From positions 2,539 through 66,538 of the forward strand of contig DATGRX010000064.1 of NCBI GenBank assembly GCA_035303185.1: a stretch of 64,000 nucleotides of DNA, read 5' to 3'. This document shows, one piece after another, positions 55,553-64,000 of the stretch. Origin of the DNA: Bacillota bacterium (GTDB lineage Bacteria > Bacillota > Bacilli > Bacillales > Amphibacillaceae). The notes beneath the pieces were generated by a model, which saw nothing but the letters and a program-made list of their open reading frames with translations, was not told where the DNA came from and did no database searches. The position numbers and the translations under genes were made by a program. Numbering within the stretch: position 1 is the first letter of the stretch; each line of letters starts with the position of its first letter.

Positions 55553-56119
55553 ATGAAAAAAATTGGTATTTTAGGGGGAGCATTTAATCCACCGCATATT
55601 GGTCATTTACTAATTGCAGAATATGTAAGAGATGAATTAATTTTAGACGAAGTTTGGTTTGTTCCAACATATGAGTCTCCACATAAAGAAAACACCACAG
55701 TATCTGCTAAACATCGATTAGCAATGTTAAAGTGTGCGATTAAAGATCATCCACACTTTTTTATACATACAATTGAAATTGACCGAAAAGGAAAATCCTA
55801 TACGATTGATACTATTCGAACATTTACGAAAGATTTTCCAACGTATGAATTTTTCTTTATTATCGGAGCGGATATGGTTGAATACTTACCGAACTGGAAG
55901 GATGTTGATGAGTTATTTGAACTCATTACGTTTGTCGGAGTTAAACGCCATGAATTTACGTTGCAAACATCCTATCCAATACTTACGGTCGAAATTCCTA
56001 AGATAAATATTTCTTCGACATTAGTTCGTGAACGCCTAAAAAAGAACCGTTCGATTACTTACTTAGTTCCGAACGCTGTGGAAAATTATATTAAGGAGAA
56101 TCATTTGTATGGACATTAA
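55553..56119 (+). CDS. nadD: Nicotinate-nucleotide adenylyltransferase
   Basis: GGAFNPPHIGH, SYTIDT, IIGAD, ISST. Confidence 0.96.
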   Translation: MKKIGILGGAFNPPHIGHLLIAEYVRDELILDEVWFVPTYESPHKENTTVSAKHRLAMLKCAIKDHPHFFIHTIEIDRKGKSYTIDTIRTFTKDFPTYEFFFIIGADMVEYLPNWKDVDELFELITFVGVKRHEFTLQTSYPILTVEIPKINISSTLVRERLKKNRSITYLVPNAVENYIKENHLYGH

Positions 56120-56690
56120 ATATGCGAAAAAAATCATCACTAATGTATTGTCTAAAGACCGCGTTGAACACTCCTTTAGAGTTGCTAAAGTGGCTACTCA
56201 ATTAGCAAGAAAATACAATGTAAATATAGAAAAAATCGAACTTGCCGCTATTTTACATGATTATGCGAAAAATCATTCAAAAGAAGAATTAAAACGATGG
56301 ATTTTGCAAAGTTCTTTACCAAAAAATTTACTTTTTTACCATTCCGCAATTTGGCATGGACCGGTAGGGGCTCTAATGTTAAAACAAAAACATGGGATTG
56401 TAGATCGAGATGTTTTAAGTGCGATTTATTGTCATACGACTGGTAAAGAACATATGTCAACTTTTGAAAAAATTATTTTTGTAGCAGACTATATTGAACC
56501 GATGAGAGATATTCCAGGAGTAGAAAAGGTTCGTGAAGTAGCAACAGAAAATTTAGATCAAGCAGTCTATTTAATTCTTCGTAACACTATTCAATTTTTA
56601 ATGTCAAAAAAACATACGATTTATCCGAGTACATTTTACGCATATAATGAATTATCTGCAACCGTAGGAAATCAAATGGAGGTTATATAA
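56109..56690 (+). CDS. yqeK: HD-domain symmetrical Ap4A hydrolase YqeK
   Basis: R.EHS, LHDYAK, WHG, HTTG, ADYIEP. Confidence 0.93.
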   Translation: MDIKYAKKIITNVLSKDRVEHSFRVAKVATQLARKYNVNIEKIELAAILHDYAKNHSKEELKRWILQSSLPKNLLFYHSAIWHGPVGALMLKQKHGIVDRDVLSAIYCHTTGKEHMSTFEKIIFVADYIEPMRDIPGVEKVREVATENLDQAVYLILRNTIQFLMSKKHTIYPSTFYAYNELSATVGNQMEVI

Positions 56691-56694
56691 ATCT

Positions 56695-57051
56695 ATGAAT
56701 AGTAAAAATGTATTGAAATTAGCCGTAAAGGCTTGTGATGATATGAATGCCAAAGATATTACCGCCCTTGATATGGTAGGTTTATCAATTATTACAGATT
56801 ATTTTTTAATTTGTCATGCAACGAATGAAAGACAAGTAAAGGCAATTGCAAGGGAAATTAAAGATTCCTTTGAAGAAAACGGTGTTCATGTTGATTTCAT
56901 TGAGGGCTTTGACAGTTCAAGATGGATTGTTATTGATGCAAAGGACGTCATTTGTCATGTGTTTCATGAGGAAGAGCGACGTTATTATAATTTAGAAAGA
57001 TTATGGGGAGATGCTAGGGAAGTAGACGTAACTCCTCTTAAAGAGGGATAA
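56695..57051 (+). CDS. rsfS: Ribosome silencing factor
   Basis: DYFLIC, NERQV.AIA, W...D, HVF..EER.YYNLERLW. Confidence 0.95.
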   Translation: MNSKNVLKLAVKACDDMNAKDITALDMVGLSIITDYFLICHATNERQVKAIAREIKDSFEENGVHVDFIEGFDSSRWIVIDAKDVICHVFHEEERRYYNLERLWGDAREVDVTPLKEG

Positions 57052-57052
57052 T

Positions 57053-57796
57053 ATGTCTTATCAACATCTTGCTTATATATATGATCTTTTAATGGAACAT
57101 GCTCCATATGATAAGTGGTATTATTTTACAGAAAAAGTATTTGAGAAGTTTCATAAAAATGTGTCCACAATTGCTGATTTAGGTTGTGGCACGGGTGAAG
57201 TGACTCTTAAATTGGCTGATGCAGGTTATCAGCTATATGGAGTCGATTTTTCTGCCGATATGTTAACGAAAGCATCACAAAAAGCTGTTAAACAACGAGT
57301 GGACATTCAGTGGATCCAACAGGATATTACCCGACTAACAGGTATATCAAACTTAGATGCTGCTATTAGTTATTGTGATGTTATTAATTATATTCCTTCA
57401 GTAGAGGGTTTGAAACAGACATTTTTAAATGTATATCATATGCTAAATCATGAAGGAATATTTATTTTTGATGTCCATGCATTTAACTATGCGATGAATG
57501 ATTTAATCGGACATACCTTTGCTGATGTTACTGAGGATTATTCATATATATGGTTTTGTGAACCGGGTGAAGAAAAGGGCGACATGCATCATGACTTAAC
57601 ATTTTACATCAGAAATGGAAGTTATTATGAACGATTTGATGAGTATCATTTCCAAAAAGTATACAAAGCAGAGTTTTATAAGCACCTATTACAAAAAGTG
57701 GGCTTTTCAAAAATACATATTTATGCTGACTTTTCGTTTAAATTAGCGAAACATATTGAAAGTCCTGAAAGAATATTTTTTATTGCTGAGAAATAA
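57053..57796 (+). CDS. yqeM: Class I SAM-dependent methyltransferase YqeM
   Basis: DLGCGTG, GVDFS.DML, GIFIFD; last gene of the yqe operon. Confidence 0.88.
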   Translation: MSYQHLAYIYDLLMEHAPYDKWYYFTEKVFEKFHKNVSTIADLGCGTGEVTLKLADAGYQLYGVDFSADMLTKASQKAVKQRVDIQWIQQDITRLTGISNLDAAISYCDVINYIPSVEGLKQTFLNVYHMLNHEGIFIFDVHAFNYAMNDLIGHTFADVTEDYSYIWFCEPGEEKGDMHHDLTFYIRNGSYYERFDEYHFQKVYKAEFYKHLLQKVGFSKIHIYADFSFKLAKHIESPERIFFIAEK

Positions 57797-57879
57797 ACGT
57801 TAAAAAACAACTTTCGAGAAAAACAGCCTATCTTAGGAATCTTTTGCTATGATACATATATAGCAAAAATTTCTGATAG

Positions 57880-58488
57880 GTGATCGTGATGATTCGAAAT
57901 ATCGTTCGTAAATTTCTACTTCCTATTAGTATTCTTGTTGTATTTATTGTTATTCTTTTTAACCATAATGATAAAATTTTCCCATCTGAACATGATGACA
58001 ACTTCATTAACAACAATGCTTTCAATCCAGAAGATAATCTTACCGAGGAAAATGCAGTTGATGAACTTATCGTTGTTGATGTAAAGGGAGAAATCGAAAA
58101 CCCCGGAATCTATGAGGTAGAACATCATTTTCGAGTATATGATGTGATCGAATTAGCAGGTGGTTTTACTGAAAATGCAGGAAGTGATCATGTTAATCTA
58201 GCGGAAAAAGTACATGATGAGATGATCATCTTTGTTCCACACGAGGATGATTTGGATATGGAGTTAATTGTAAATAGTCCAGCTAGTATACCGGGTAAAA
58301 TTAAAGTAAACATTGCAACACAAGAAGAGCTTGAACAATTATCAGGTATTGGACCTGTTAAAGCAAGTGCGATTATTCAATACCGAGAAGAAAACGGATA
58401 TTTTAATACACCAGAAGATTTATTAAATGTTTCTGGAATTGGTGAAAAAACATTGGAAAATATTAGAGAACAGATTCAAATACCTTAA
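57880..58488 (+). CDS. comEA: Competence DNA receptor ComEA
   Basis: TM, SLBB domain (VDVKGEI.NPG.Y), HhH motifs (GIGPVKA, GIGEKT); exact start uncertain. Confidence 0.93.
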   Translation: MIVMIRNIVRKFLLPISILVVFIVILFNHNDKIFPSEHDDNFINNNAFNPEDNLTEENAVDELIVVDVKGEIENPGIYEVEHHFRVYDVIELAGGFTENAGSDHVNLAEKVHDEMIIFVPHEDDLDMELIVNSPASIPGKIKVNIATQEELEQLSGIGPVKASAIIQYREENGYFNTPEDLLNVSGIGEKTLENIREQIQIP

Positions 58489-58503
58489 GTTAGGTGATAT
58501 AAA

Positions 58504-58953
58504 ATGGATAGAATTTCATGGGATCAATATTTTATGGCTCAAAGTCATTTGTTATCTTTGCGAAGTACGTGTACACGGCTCATGGTAGGTGCAACAATTG
58601 TAAGAGATAAGCGTATTATCGCCGGTGGTTACAATGGAAGTGTCTCAGGAAGTGTACACTGTATTGATGAAGGATGTTATATGATTGATGGTCATTGTGT
58701 TCGTACTGTTCATGCGGAAGCGAATGCTCTTTTACAATGCTCAAAATTTGGTGTTGCAACAGACGGTGCAGAAATTTATGTCACCCATTTTCCATGCTTA
58801 CAGTGTTGTAAATTAATTATCCAAAGTGGAATAAAAACGGTTTATTACGCCGAGGATTACCGAAATCATCCTTATGCCATTGAACTTTTTAAAGAAGCAA
58901 AGGTAAAGACAAAAAAGATTCCATTAACAGATGTTAGCTTTACAATAAATTAA
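58504..58953 (+). CDS. comEB: ComEB dCMP deaminase family protein
   Basis: RISWDQYFM, GYNG, HAE.NA, PCLQC. Confidence 0.95.
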   Translation: MDRISWDQYFMAQSHLLSLRSTCTRLMVGATIVRDKRIIAGGYNGSVSGSVHCIDEGCYMIDGHCVRTVHAEANALLQCSKFGVATDGAEIYVTHFPCLQCCKLIIQSGIKTVYYAEDYRNHPYAIELFKEAKVKTKKIPLTDVSFTIN

Positions 58954-58972
58954 ATTCAAGTTAGGTGATTAT

Positions 58973-61294
58973 ATGAAAGGATACTGGCACTTACCAGCTT
59001 TTGCTATATTGGGAAGTGCTTTAACAATTATTTTTCAGTCTTATATATTTATCCTTTTCTATGGGCTTTGGGTTGCTTATCTCTTCATAAAAAAACGCAT
59101 TCAAGCATTTCATCTATTTCTCTCTCTTGTTTTTCTGCTAGTTTTCCTCTTTCACATGCCACAAATAAAAATTCCTGAAGAAAGTCATTGGCTATTACAG
59201 GCTGAACAATATACTGGTGTCATTGATTCACCGCCTATTTTCACAGATGATTACATGCGTATAACAATAAAAGAAAATCATTCAAAGGAAAAAATTAATA
59301 TTCATTATTTTTTGAATGGAGAAAAAGATGATATTGATCTATCTACTATTAAATATGGAGCTACATGTCAAGTAAATAATTCGGTCGAACTTCCTTCTTC
59401 GAGTAGTAATCCAGGACAATTTAATTACCAAAAATATTTACTCCAACAAGGAATCTCTTTTGAAACGATACTTTCTTCTATAGAGGATATCAGTTGCCAA
59501 GGTAAACACCCTTTAGACATTGTTTATTCTTTTAGAAATTATTTATTACAGTATACATCAGAGTTATTAAGTTATGATACAGCTAGTTGGTTACAAGCGT
59601 TAGTTCTAGGAAGTGACGCACATTTACCTAAAGATGTTATTGAATTATTTAATCGTTGGAGCTTATCTCATATTTTAGCTATTTCAGGTTTACATGTTGG
59701 ATTAGTTACTGGGATATTGTATATGGGGTTAGTAAAATTAAATATAACGACAAAAGAAACCGCACAGTGGCTTATCATTTTCTTTTTACCTATTTATGCT
59801 TTACTTGCAGGAGGAGCCCCGTCTGTATGGCGTGCAAGTTTAATGGGACTTGTTTTTTTAGTATTAAGTAAATTTAATATTAAGCATTCTGTAACAGATG
59901 TTATTAGTCTTATATTTATTAGTTTAATTGCAATGGATCCATATATTATTTATCATATCGGTTTCCAATTTTCGTTTTTAGTCACTTTCGGGTTATTATT
60001 ATCGAGAGATTGGCTCTTACACACCTCCTCACCATTTTGGCAACTACTTAAAATAAGCTTCATTTCACAAATGGTCATTACACCGCTTCAAATATATTAT
60101 TTTTATTACTTTCAACCCCTTTCAATTATTGTTAATAGTCTAATCGTTCCTTACTTTTCCTTATTCGTTATACCTGCTATGTTTTTACTTCTTATTCTTT
60201 CCCCGCTATTACCAAAATTTGCTCTTATTTTTGATAAATTCTTTACTTTTATCCATGACATCATTTTGTCGATGATTTACGGGATTGATTATCTTTTCGA
60301 CTATGCTTGGATCATTGGGAAAATATCCTTAGTAACAATCGTTGTATATTACATCGCATTAAATATGATGATGGCTTATCTTGAAAACAGACGATTCAAC
60401 CGAGCGTTTTATGTAAGTTTGTTCATTGTCGGATTATTCGTCTTTATTTCACTTCAACCATATCTCTCTGAAAAAGGGAGGGTAACTATGTTAGATATTG
60501 GCCAAGGAGATGCATTTGTTATCGAATTACCTTATCGTAAAGGAGTTATTTTAATCGATGCAGGGGCTAGCTTCTCTTTTAAAGACTTCAAACCGAGTGA
60601 GAGAGTATATTCACAGATTATACAACCGTATTTTTATTACCGGGGAATAACAGATATAGATGCTATCATTGTTAGTCATGAGGATATTGATCATAACGGA
60701 AGTATTCCTTTTATTGTGGAGGATTTTAATGTCGAAAAGTTAGTTGTGAGTGAGCCCTATGAATTAAATAAAAGCGAAAAAGAACTTATAAAAGAGGGGA
60801 AGATAAGTATCAAGAGAGTTTCTTATGATGAACAGTTTTTAATCGGTAATCACATCTTTCATGTGTTATCACCAGAGAAAGAATTTCATGACGAAAATGA
60901 TAATTCCCTCGTTGTTTATACATCCCTTGGGAAGTTAGATTGGTTATTTACTGGTGATATATCAAAAAATGTAGAGAGACAAATTTTAGCAAAAAGTAGA
61001 GAGTTAGAGGTTGATGTTTTAAAAGTTGCTCATCATGGTAGTAAAACATCTACAGATAAAAATTTTGTTGACCAAATAAATCCAAAGTATGCTTTTATTT
61101 CCGTCGGACGGAACAATTCTTATGGACATCCGTCTAAAGAAGTACTCAAGGCTTTGAAGAAAAGTATTATACTACGAACAGATAAAGACGGTGCTGTTCA
61201 GTATAATTTTTATGGTGATCAATATGATATAGAACGTTTTTTACAAAAAAATAAAGAGACTGAATTCAGCCTCTTTAATATGTACCATTATTAA
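58973..61294 (+). CDS. comEC: DNA uptake channel ComEC
   Basis: HILAISGLHV, GFQFSF, DIGQGD, SHED.DH, KVAHHGS, YGHP. Confidence 0.96.
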   Translation: MKGYWHLPAFAILGSALTIIFQSYIFILFYGLWVAYLFIKKRIQAFHLFLSLVFLLVFLFHMPQIKIPEESHWLLQAEQYTGVIDSPPIFTDDYMRITIKENHSKEKINIHYFLNGEKDDIDLSTIKYGATCQVNNSVELPSSSSNPGQFNYQKYLLQQGISFETILSSIEDISCQGKHPLDIVYSFRNYLLQYTSELLSYDTASWLQALVLGSDAHLPKDVIELFNRWSLSHILAISGLHVGLVTGILYMGLVKLNITTKETAQWLIIFFLPIYALLAGGAPSVWRASLMGLVFLVLSKFNIKHSVTDVISLIFISLIAMDPYIIYHIGFQFSFLVTFGLLLSRDWLLHTSSPFWQLLKISFISQMVITPLQIYYFYYFQPLSIIVNSLIVPYFSLFVIPAMFLLLILSPLLPKFALIFDKFFTFIHDIILSMIYGIDYLFDYAWIIGKISLVTIVVYYIALNMMMAYLENRRFNRAFYVSLFIVGLFVFISLQPYLSEKGRVTMLDIGQGDAFVIELPYRKGVILIDAGASFSFKDFKPSERVYSQIIQPYFYYRGITDIDAIIVSHEDIDHNGSIPFIVEDFNVEKLVVSEPYELNKSEKELIKEGKISIKRVSYDEQFLIGNHIFHVLSPEKEFHDENDNSLVVYTSLGKLDWLFTGDISKNVERQILAKSRELEVDVLKVAHHGSKTSTDKNFVDQINPKYAFISVGRNNSYGHPSKEVLKALKKSIILRTDKDGAVQYNFYGDQYDIERFLQKNKETEFSLFNMYHY

Positions 61295-61422
61295 TTTAAA
61301 ACACTAATCACTACACCTATAATGAAGATGACTAGAAAATAAACAAAGCCAATTGTAAAGCCTTTAATGGAATCAACAACGTCATCGTTTTTTGACTGGA
61401 CATCTTTTTCAAATTCGTTCAT
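61291..61422 (-). CDS. yqzM: YqzM family small membrane protein (43 aa; not in the ORF track)
   Basis: Read by hand: MNEFEKDVQSKNDDVVDSIKGFTIGFVYFLVIFIIGVVISVLN, with an AGGAGG RBS. Confidence 0.88.
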   Translation of the reverse strand: MNEFEKDVQSKNDDVVDSIKGFTIGFVYFLVIFIIGVVISVLN

Positions 61423-61627
61423 ATTCGTTCCCTCCTATAACTATATTTATTATAAATCATTTTTAATAAAAATCCAATATTTATTCATGTTTAAAGAAAA
61501 AAGTGACAAAAGTTAACAAATATATTTTTCTGACATATGTAAAACATATAACTGTTATCGTTTATCGAAAACCTTCGATAAACGTTCACATAGAAGAGGA
61601 AGGAGGTTAATTTCCTTCCTCTATTAC

Positions 61628-61656
61628 TTGCCATTCGATTAACTCCTATTTAAAAT
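61628..61656 (+). promoter_or_regulatory. SigA promoter of holA
   Basis: TTGCCA-17 bp-TAAAAT. Confidence 0.6.
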
Positions 61657-61682
61657 TAAATAGAAGATATAGGAGTGAAAAA

Positions 61683-62702
61683 ATGGATTATTTTACATTG
61701 TTACAACAAATTAAACAAAACGATATTCCTTCTGTACTATTTTTATATGGGGAAGAAAATTATTTTATTCAGAATGTAAAACGAGAGTTAGAAATTCAGG
61801 TTGTTGAAAAGAACAAAGAAAATATATCTACCTATGATTTACTTGAAACACCGATTGATGAAGTGATTACTGATGCTGAGACATTTCCTTTTTTTGGAGA
61901 GCGTAAACTTATATTTGCTGAAAACCCTAATTTTGTTCTATCACGTCCCCAGAAGCTTCCCTTTGAACATCATCTGGAATACTTAGAAAGGTATGTCCAC
62001 TCACCGGTCGATTATACAGTGCTTGTTTTTATAGCACCTTATAACAAAATTGACAAACGAAAAAAAGCGTCACAATTGCTTATGAAAAAAGCTGTATCAT
62101 TAAAATTTGAACATATAAAGGAAAGAGATATTCATAAATGGATTCATCAATTCGGCAAAATATATAATTTACAATTTGATCAAGAAGCGGTGCAATTTTT
62201 AGAGGCAAATGCATCCGTTGACTTACATCTTTTAGAAAATGAAATAAAAAAATTATCTTTATTTTTAGGAGCTGAACGATTTGTTTCTAAACAAGTAGCA
62301 GAGCAAATGCTTTCCCAGACGGTGGATAGTTCAGCTCTAGCATTAGTTGATGCTGTTATATCAAGAAATTATGAAGAAGCTTTGAATGTATTTAAAGAAT
62401 TGTCTTTGCTAAATGAAAGTGCCATCGGATTATTAGCACTACTCGCCCATCAATTCAGACTTATTTTACAAGTGAAATTGTTAAAACAAAAAGGTTATAA
62501 TGAATATCAAATGCGAAATCAAATTGGAGGACATCCTTATCCCATTAAGTTAGCCTCACAAAGGGAAAGAAACTTTACGACTGACCGCTTACAATCAATT
62601 ATACATCGATTAGCAGAAACTGATGCGAATATAAAGACTGGAAGGGTGGAAGAAGACATAGCGGTTGAATTATTATTGTATGATTTAATAACGAATGAAT
62701 AA
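61683..62702 (+). CDS. holA: DNA polymerase III delta subunit
   Basis: LYGEE.YF, PFFGERKL, NEIKKL, HPY..K; lies between comEC and rpsT. Confidence 0.93.
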   Translation: MDYFTLLQQIKQNDIPSVLFLYGEENYFIQNVKRELEIQVVEKNKENISTYDLLETPIDEVITDAETFPFFGERKLIFAENPNFVLSRPQKLPFEHHLEYLERYVHSPVDYTVLVFIAPYNKIDKRKKASQLLMKKAVSLKFEHIKERDIHKWIHQFGKIYNLQFDQEAVQFLEANASVDLHLLENEIKKLSLFLGAERFVSKQVAEQMLSQTVDSSALALVDAVISRNYEEALNVFKELSLLNESAIGLLALLAHQFRLILQVKLLKQKGYNEYQMRNQIGGHPYPIKLASQRERNFTTDRLQSIIHRLAETDANIKTGRVEEDIAVELLLYDLITNE

Positions 62703-62705
62703 AAC

Positions 62706-62745
62706 AAAAAAATCTAGATAGGAATATCCTTATCTAGATTTTTTC
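62706..62745. terminator. Bidirectional terminator between holA and rpsT
   Basis: AAAAAATCTAGATAGG-loop-CC(T)TATCTAGATTTTTT. Confidence 0.85.
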
Positions 62746-62752
62746 ACTTTTT

Positions 62753-63016
62753 TTAAGCTATCTCTCGAATTTTTTTCGCTAACTTTCGTTTTTGTCGATT
62801 TCCATTATTTCTATGAATAACACCTTTTTGGACAGCCTTGTCAATAGATTGAGAAGCTTCCTCAAAGGCTTTTTTCGCTTCTTCTAAATCATTAGCTTCA
62901 ACTAAATGTTCCACACGTTTAATATTTGTTCTCATAGCAGATTTAAAAGATTGATTTCTTTGCCGCTTTTTTTCATTTACTTTTACACGTTTAATCGCAG
63001 ATTTAAGGTTGGCCAT
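62753..63016 (-). CDS. rpsT: 30S ribosomal protein S20
   Basis: MANLKSAIKR, KSAMRT, IDKA..KG.IH.N. Confidence 0.98.
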   Translation of the reverse strand: MANLKSAIKRVKVNEKKRQRNQSFKSAMRTNIKRVEHLVEANDLEEAKKAFEEASQSIDKAVQKGVIHRNNGNRQKRKLAKKIREIA

Positions 63017-63173
63017 TGTTCCACCTCCTCAAGTATTGACTCCACATAAATTTATACAACCTCACATCATTGAATTTTATCAAACAGTTATATTGAATAC
63101 AACATATTTACTATAACATACATGATTTTCTTTTAATCGCACAACATATACTTACATGTAAAGGAGCGATAAA

Positions 63174-64000
63174 ATGAGAAAATATCAAGTTCGAACAGAT
63201 TTAGCTATTGAAGCAAGAGATATGTATATTGAGAAAGAAGAGAGAGAAGAAGTAGCCGGAGTTAAAGTTACTAAAAAACGATTTAAAGACATTCAAATTA
63301 CATATGTAAATATTAGTGAACAAGGAGAAATGAAAGTCGGCAAAAAGGCTGGAAATTATATTACGGTTTACTCGAATCAAATGGAAAATCAGGATACACA
63401 ATCACAAGAGGAAATTACTACCGTTTTAAGTAAAGAATTACAAGCTATGTTAGAAAAAAATTTAATTCAAGATTCTGATGTAGGACTAGTTGTCGGTTTA
63501 GGTAATGAAAATGTCACTCCAGATGCTTTAGGACCAATTACATTAGAGAAAATTTTAGTAACTAGTCATCTTTTTCAAATGGAAGGAGAGACGGTAGAAA
63601 AAGGCTATCGTTCTGTTGCGGCAGTAACTCCGGGTGTAATGGGTGTTACAGGAATAGAAACGAGTGAAATTGTTCGAGGAATTATTAACAAATTTTCTCC
63701 CGATTTTGTCGTTGCTGTTGATGCCTTAGCATCACGATCTACAGAGCGACTCAATAAAACAATTCAAATTTCTGATACAGGAATCCAACCAGGTTCCGGT
63801 GTCGGAAACAATCGTAAGGAACTAAGTCAAGAGACGTTAGGTATCCCCGTCATTTCAATAGGAGTTCCTACAGTCGTAGATGCAGTAACGATAACGAGTG
63901 ATACGATTGACTATTTATTAAAACATTTAGGAAAAGAATATAAAGAAATAGACAAATCATTCCAATCTCTGTTACCTGGTGGAATGTCTTTTGGTAGTAA
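63174..64000 (+). CDS. gpr: Germination protease GPR (3' end outside window; not in the ORF track)
   Basis: Read by hand from ATG 63174: VRTDLAIEA, VVGLGN..VTPDALGP, PGVMGVTGIET, DALASRS, GSGVGN.R, GVPTVVDA. Confidence 0.95.
   Translation, partial: MRKYQVRTDLAIEARDMYIEKEEREEVAGVKVTKKRFKDIQITYVNISEQGEMKVGKKAGNYITVYSNQMENQDTQSQEEITTVLSKELQAMLEKNLIQDSDVGLVVGLGNENVTPDALGPITLEKILVTSHLFQMEGETVEKGYRSVAAVTPGVMGVTGIETSEIVRGIINKFSPDFVVAVDALASRSTERLNKTIQISDTGIQPGSGVGNNRKELSQETLGIPVISIGVPTVVDAVTITSDTIDYLLKHLGKEYKEIDKSFQSLLPGGMSFGS

Noticed and set aside
63201-63401. 66-aa minus-strand ORF at the right end
   Set aside because: Antisense to gpr, which the track missed because gpr runs off the window.

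Overview
Low-GC chromosomal window of an endospore-forming Bacillaceae, probably a halotolerant Oceanobacillus/Virgibacillus-like lineage (inferred from gene order and acidic exported proteins). It follows the conserved Bacillus core segment from obg (truncated at the left edge) to gpr (truncated at the right edge): obg-safA-nadE-yebC-ruvAB-queA-tgt-yajC, spoVB-comN-secDF-recJ-apt-relA-dtd, T-box-hisS-aspS-6S RNA, rarA-cymR-iscS-mnmA-recD2, T-box-alaS...mltG-udk-greA-mtnN, sigK, sda, the yqeG-yqeM operon, comEABC, holA, rpsT. It is compact relative to B. subtilis: many genes are missing and sigK has no skin element. I saw no CRISPR, tRNA/rRNA, prophage or IS. Two loci stand out. (1) A phnD-phnC-phnE1-phnE2 ABC importer is followed by a CpdB-type phosphodiesterase/nucleotidase with no signal peptide. 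There is no C-P lyase and no clear Pho box, but there is a near-perfect CcpA cre site, so this is a candidate carbon-regulated 'import then hydrolyse' system for (cyclic) nucleotides or phosphoesters. (2) An Mrp/Mnh Na+/H+ antiporter operon runs A-C-D-E-F-G and lacks mrpB. All calls come from motif recognition and recalled synteny; no database searches were run.
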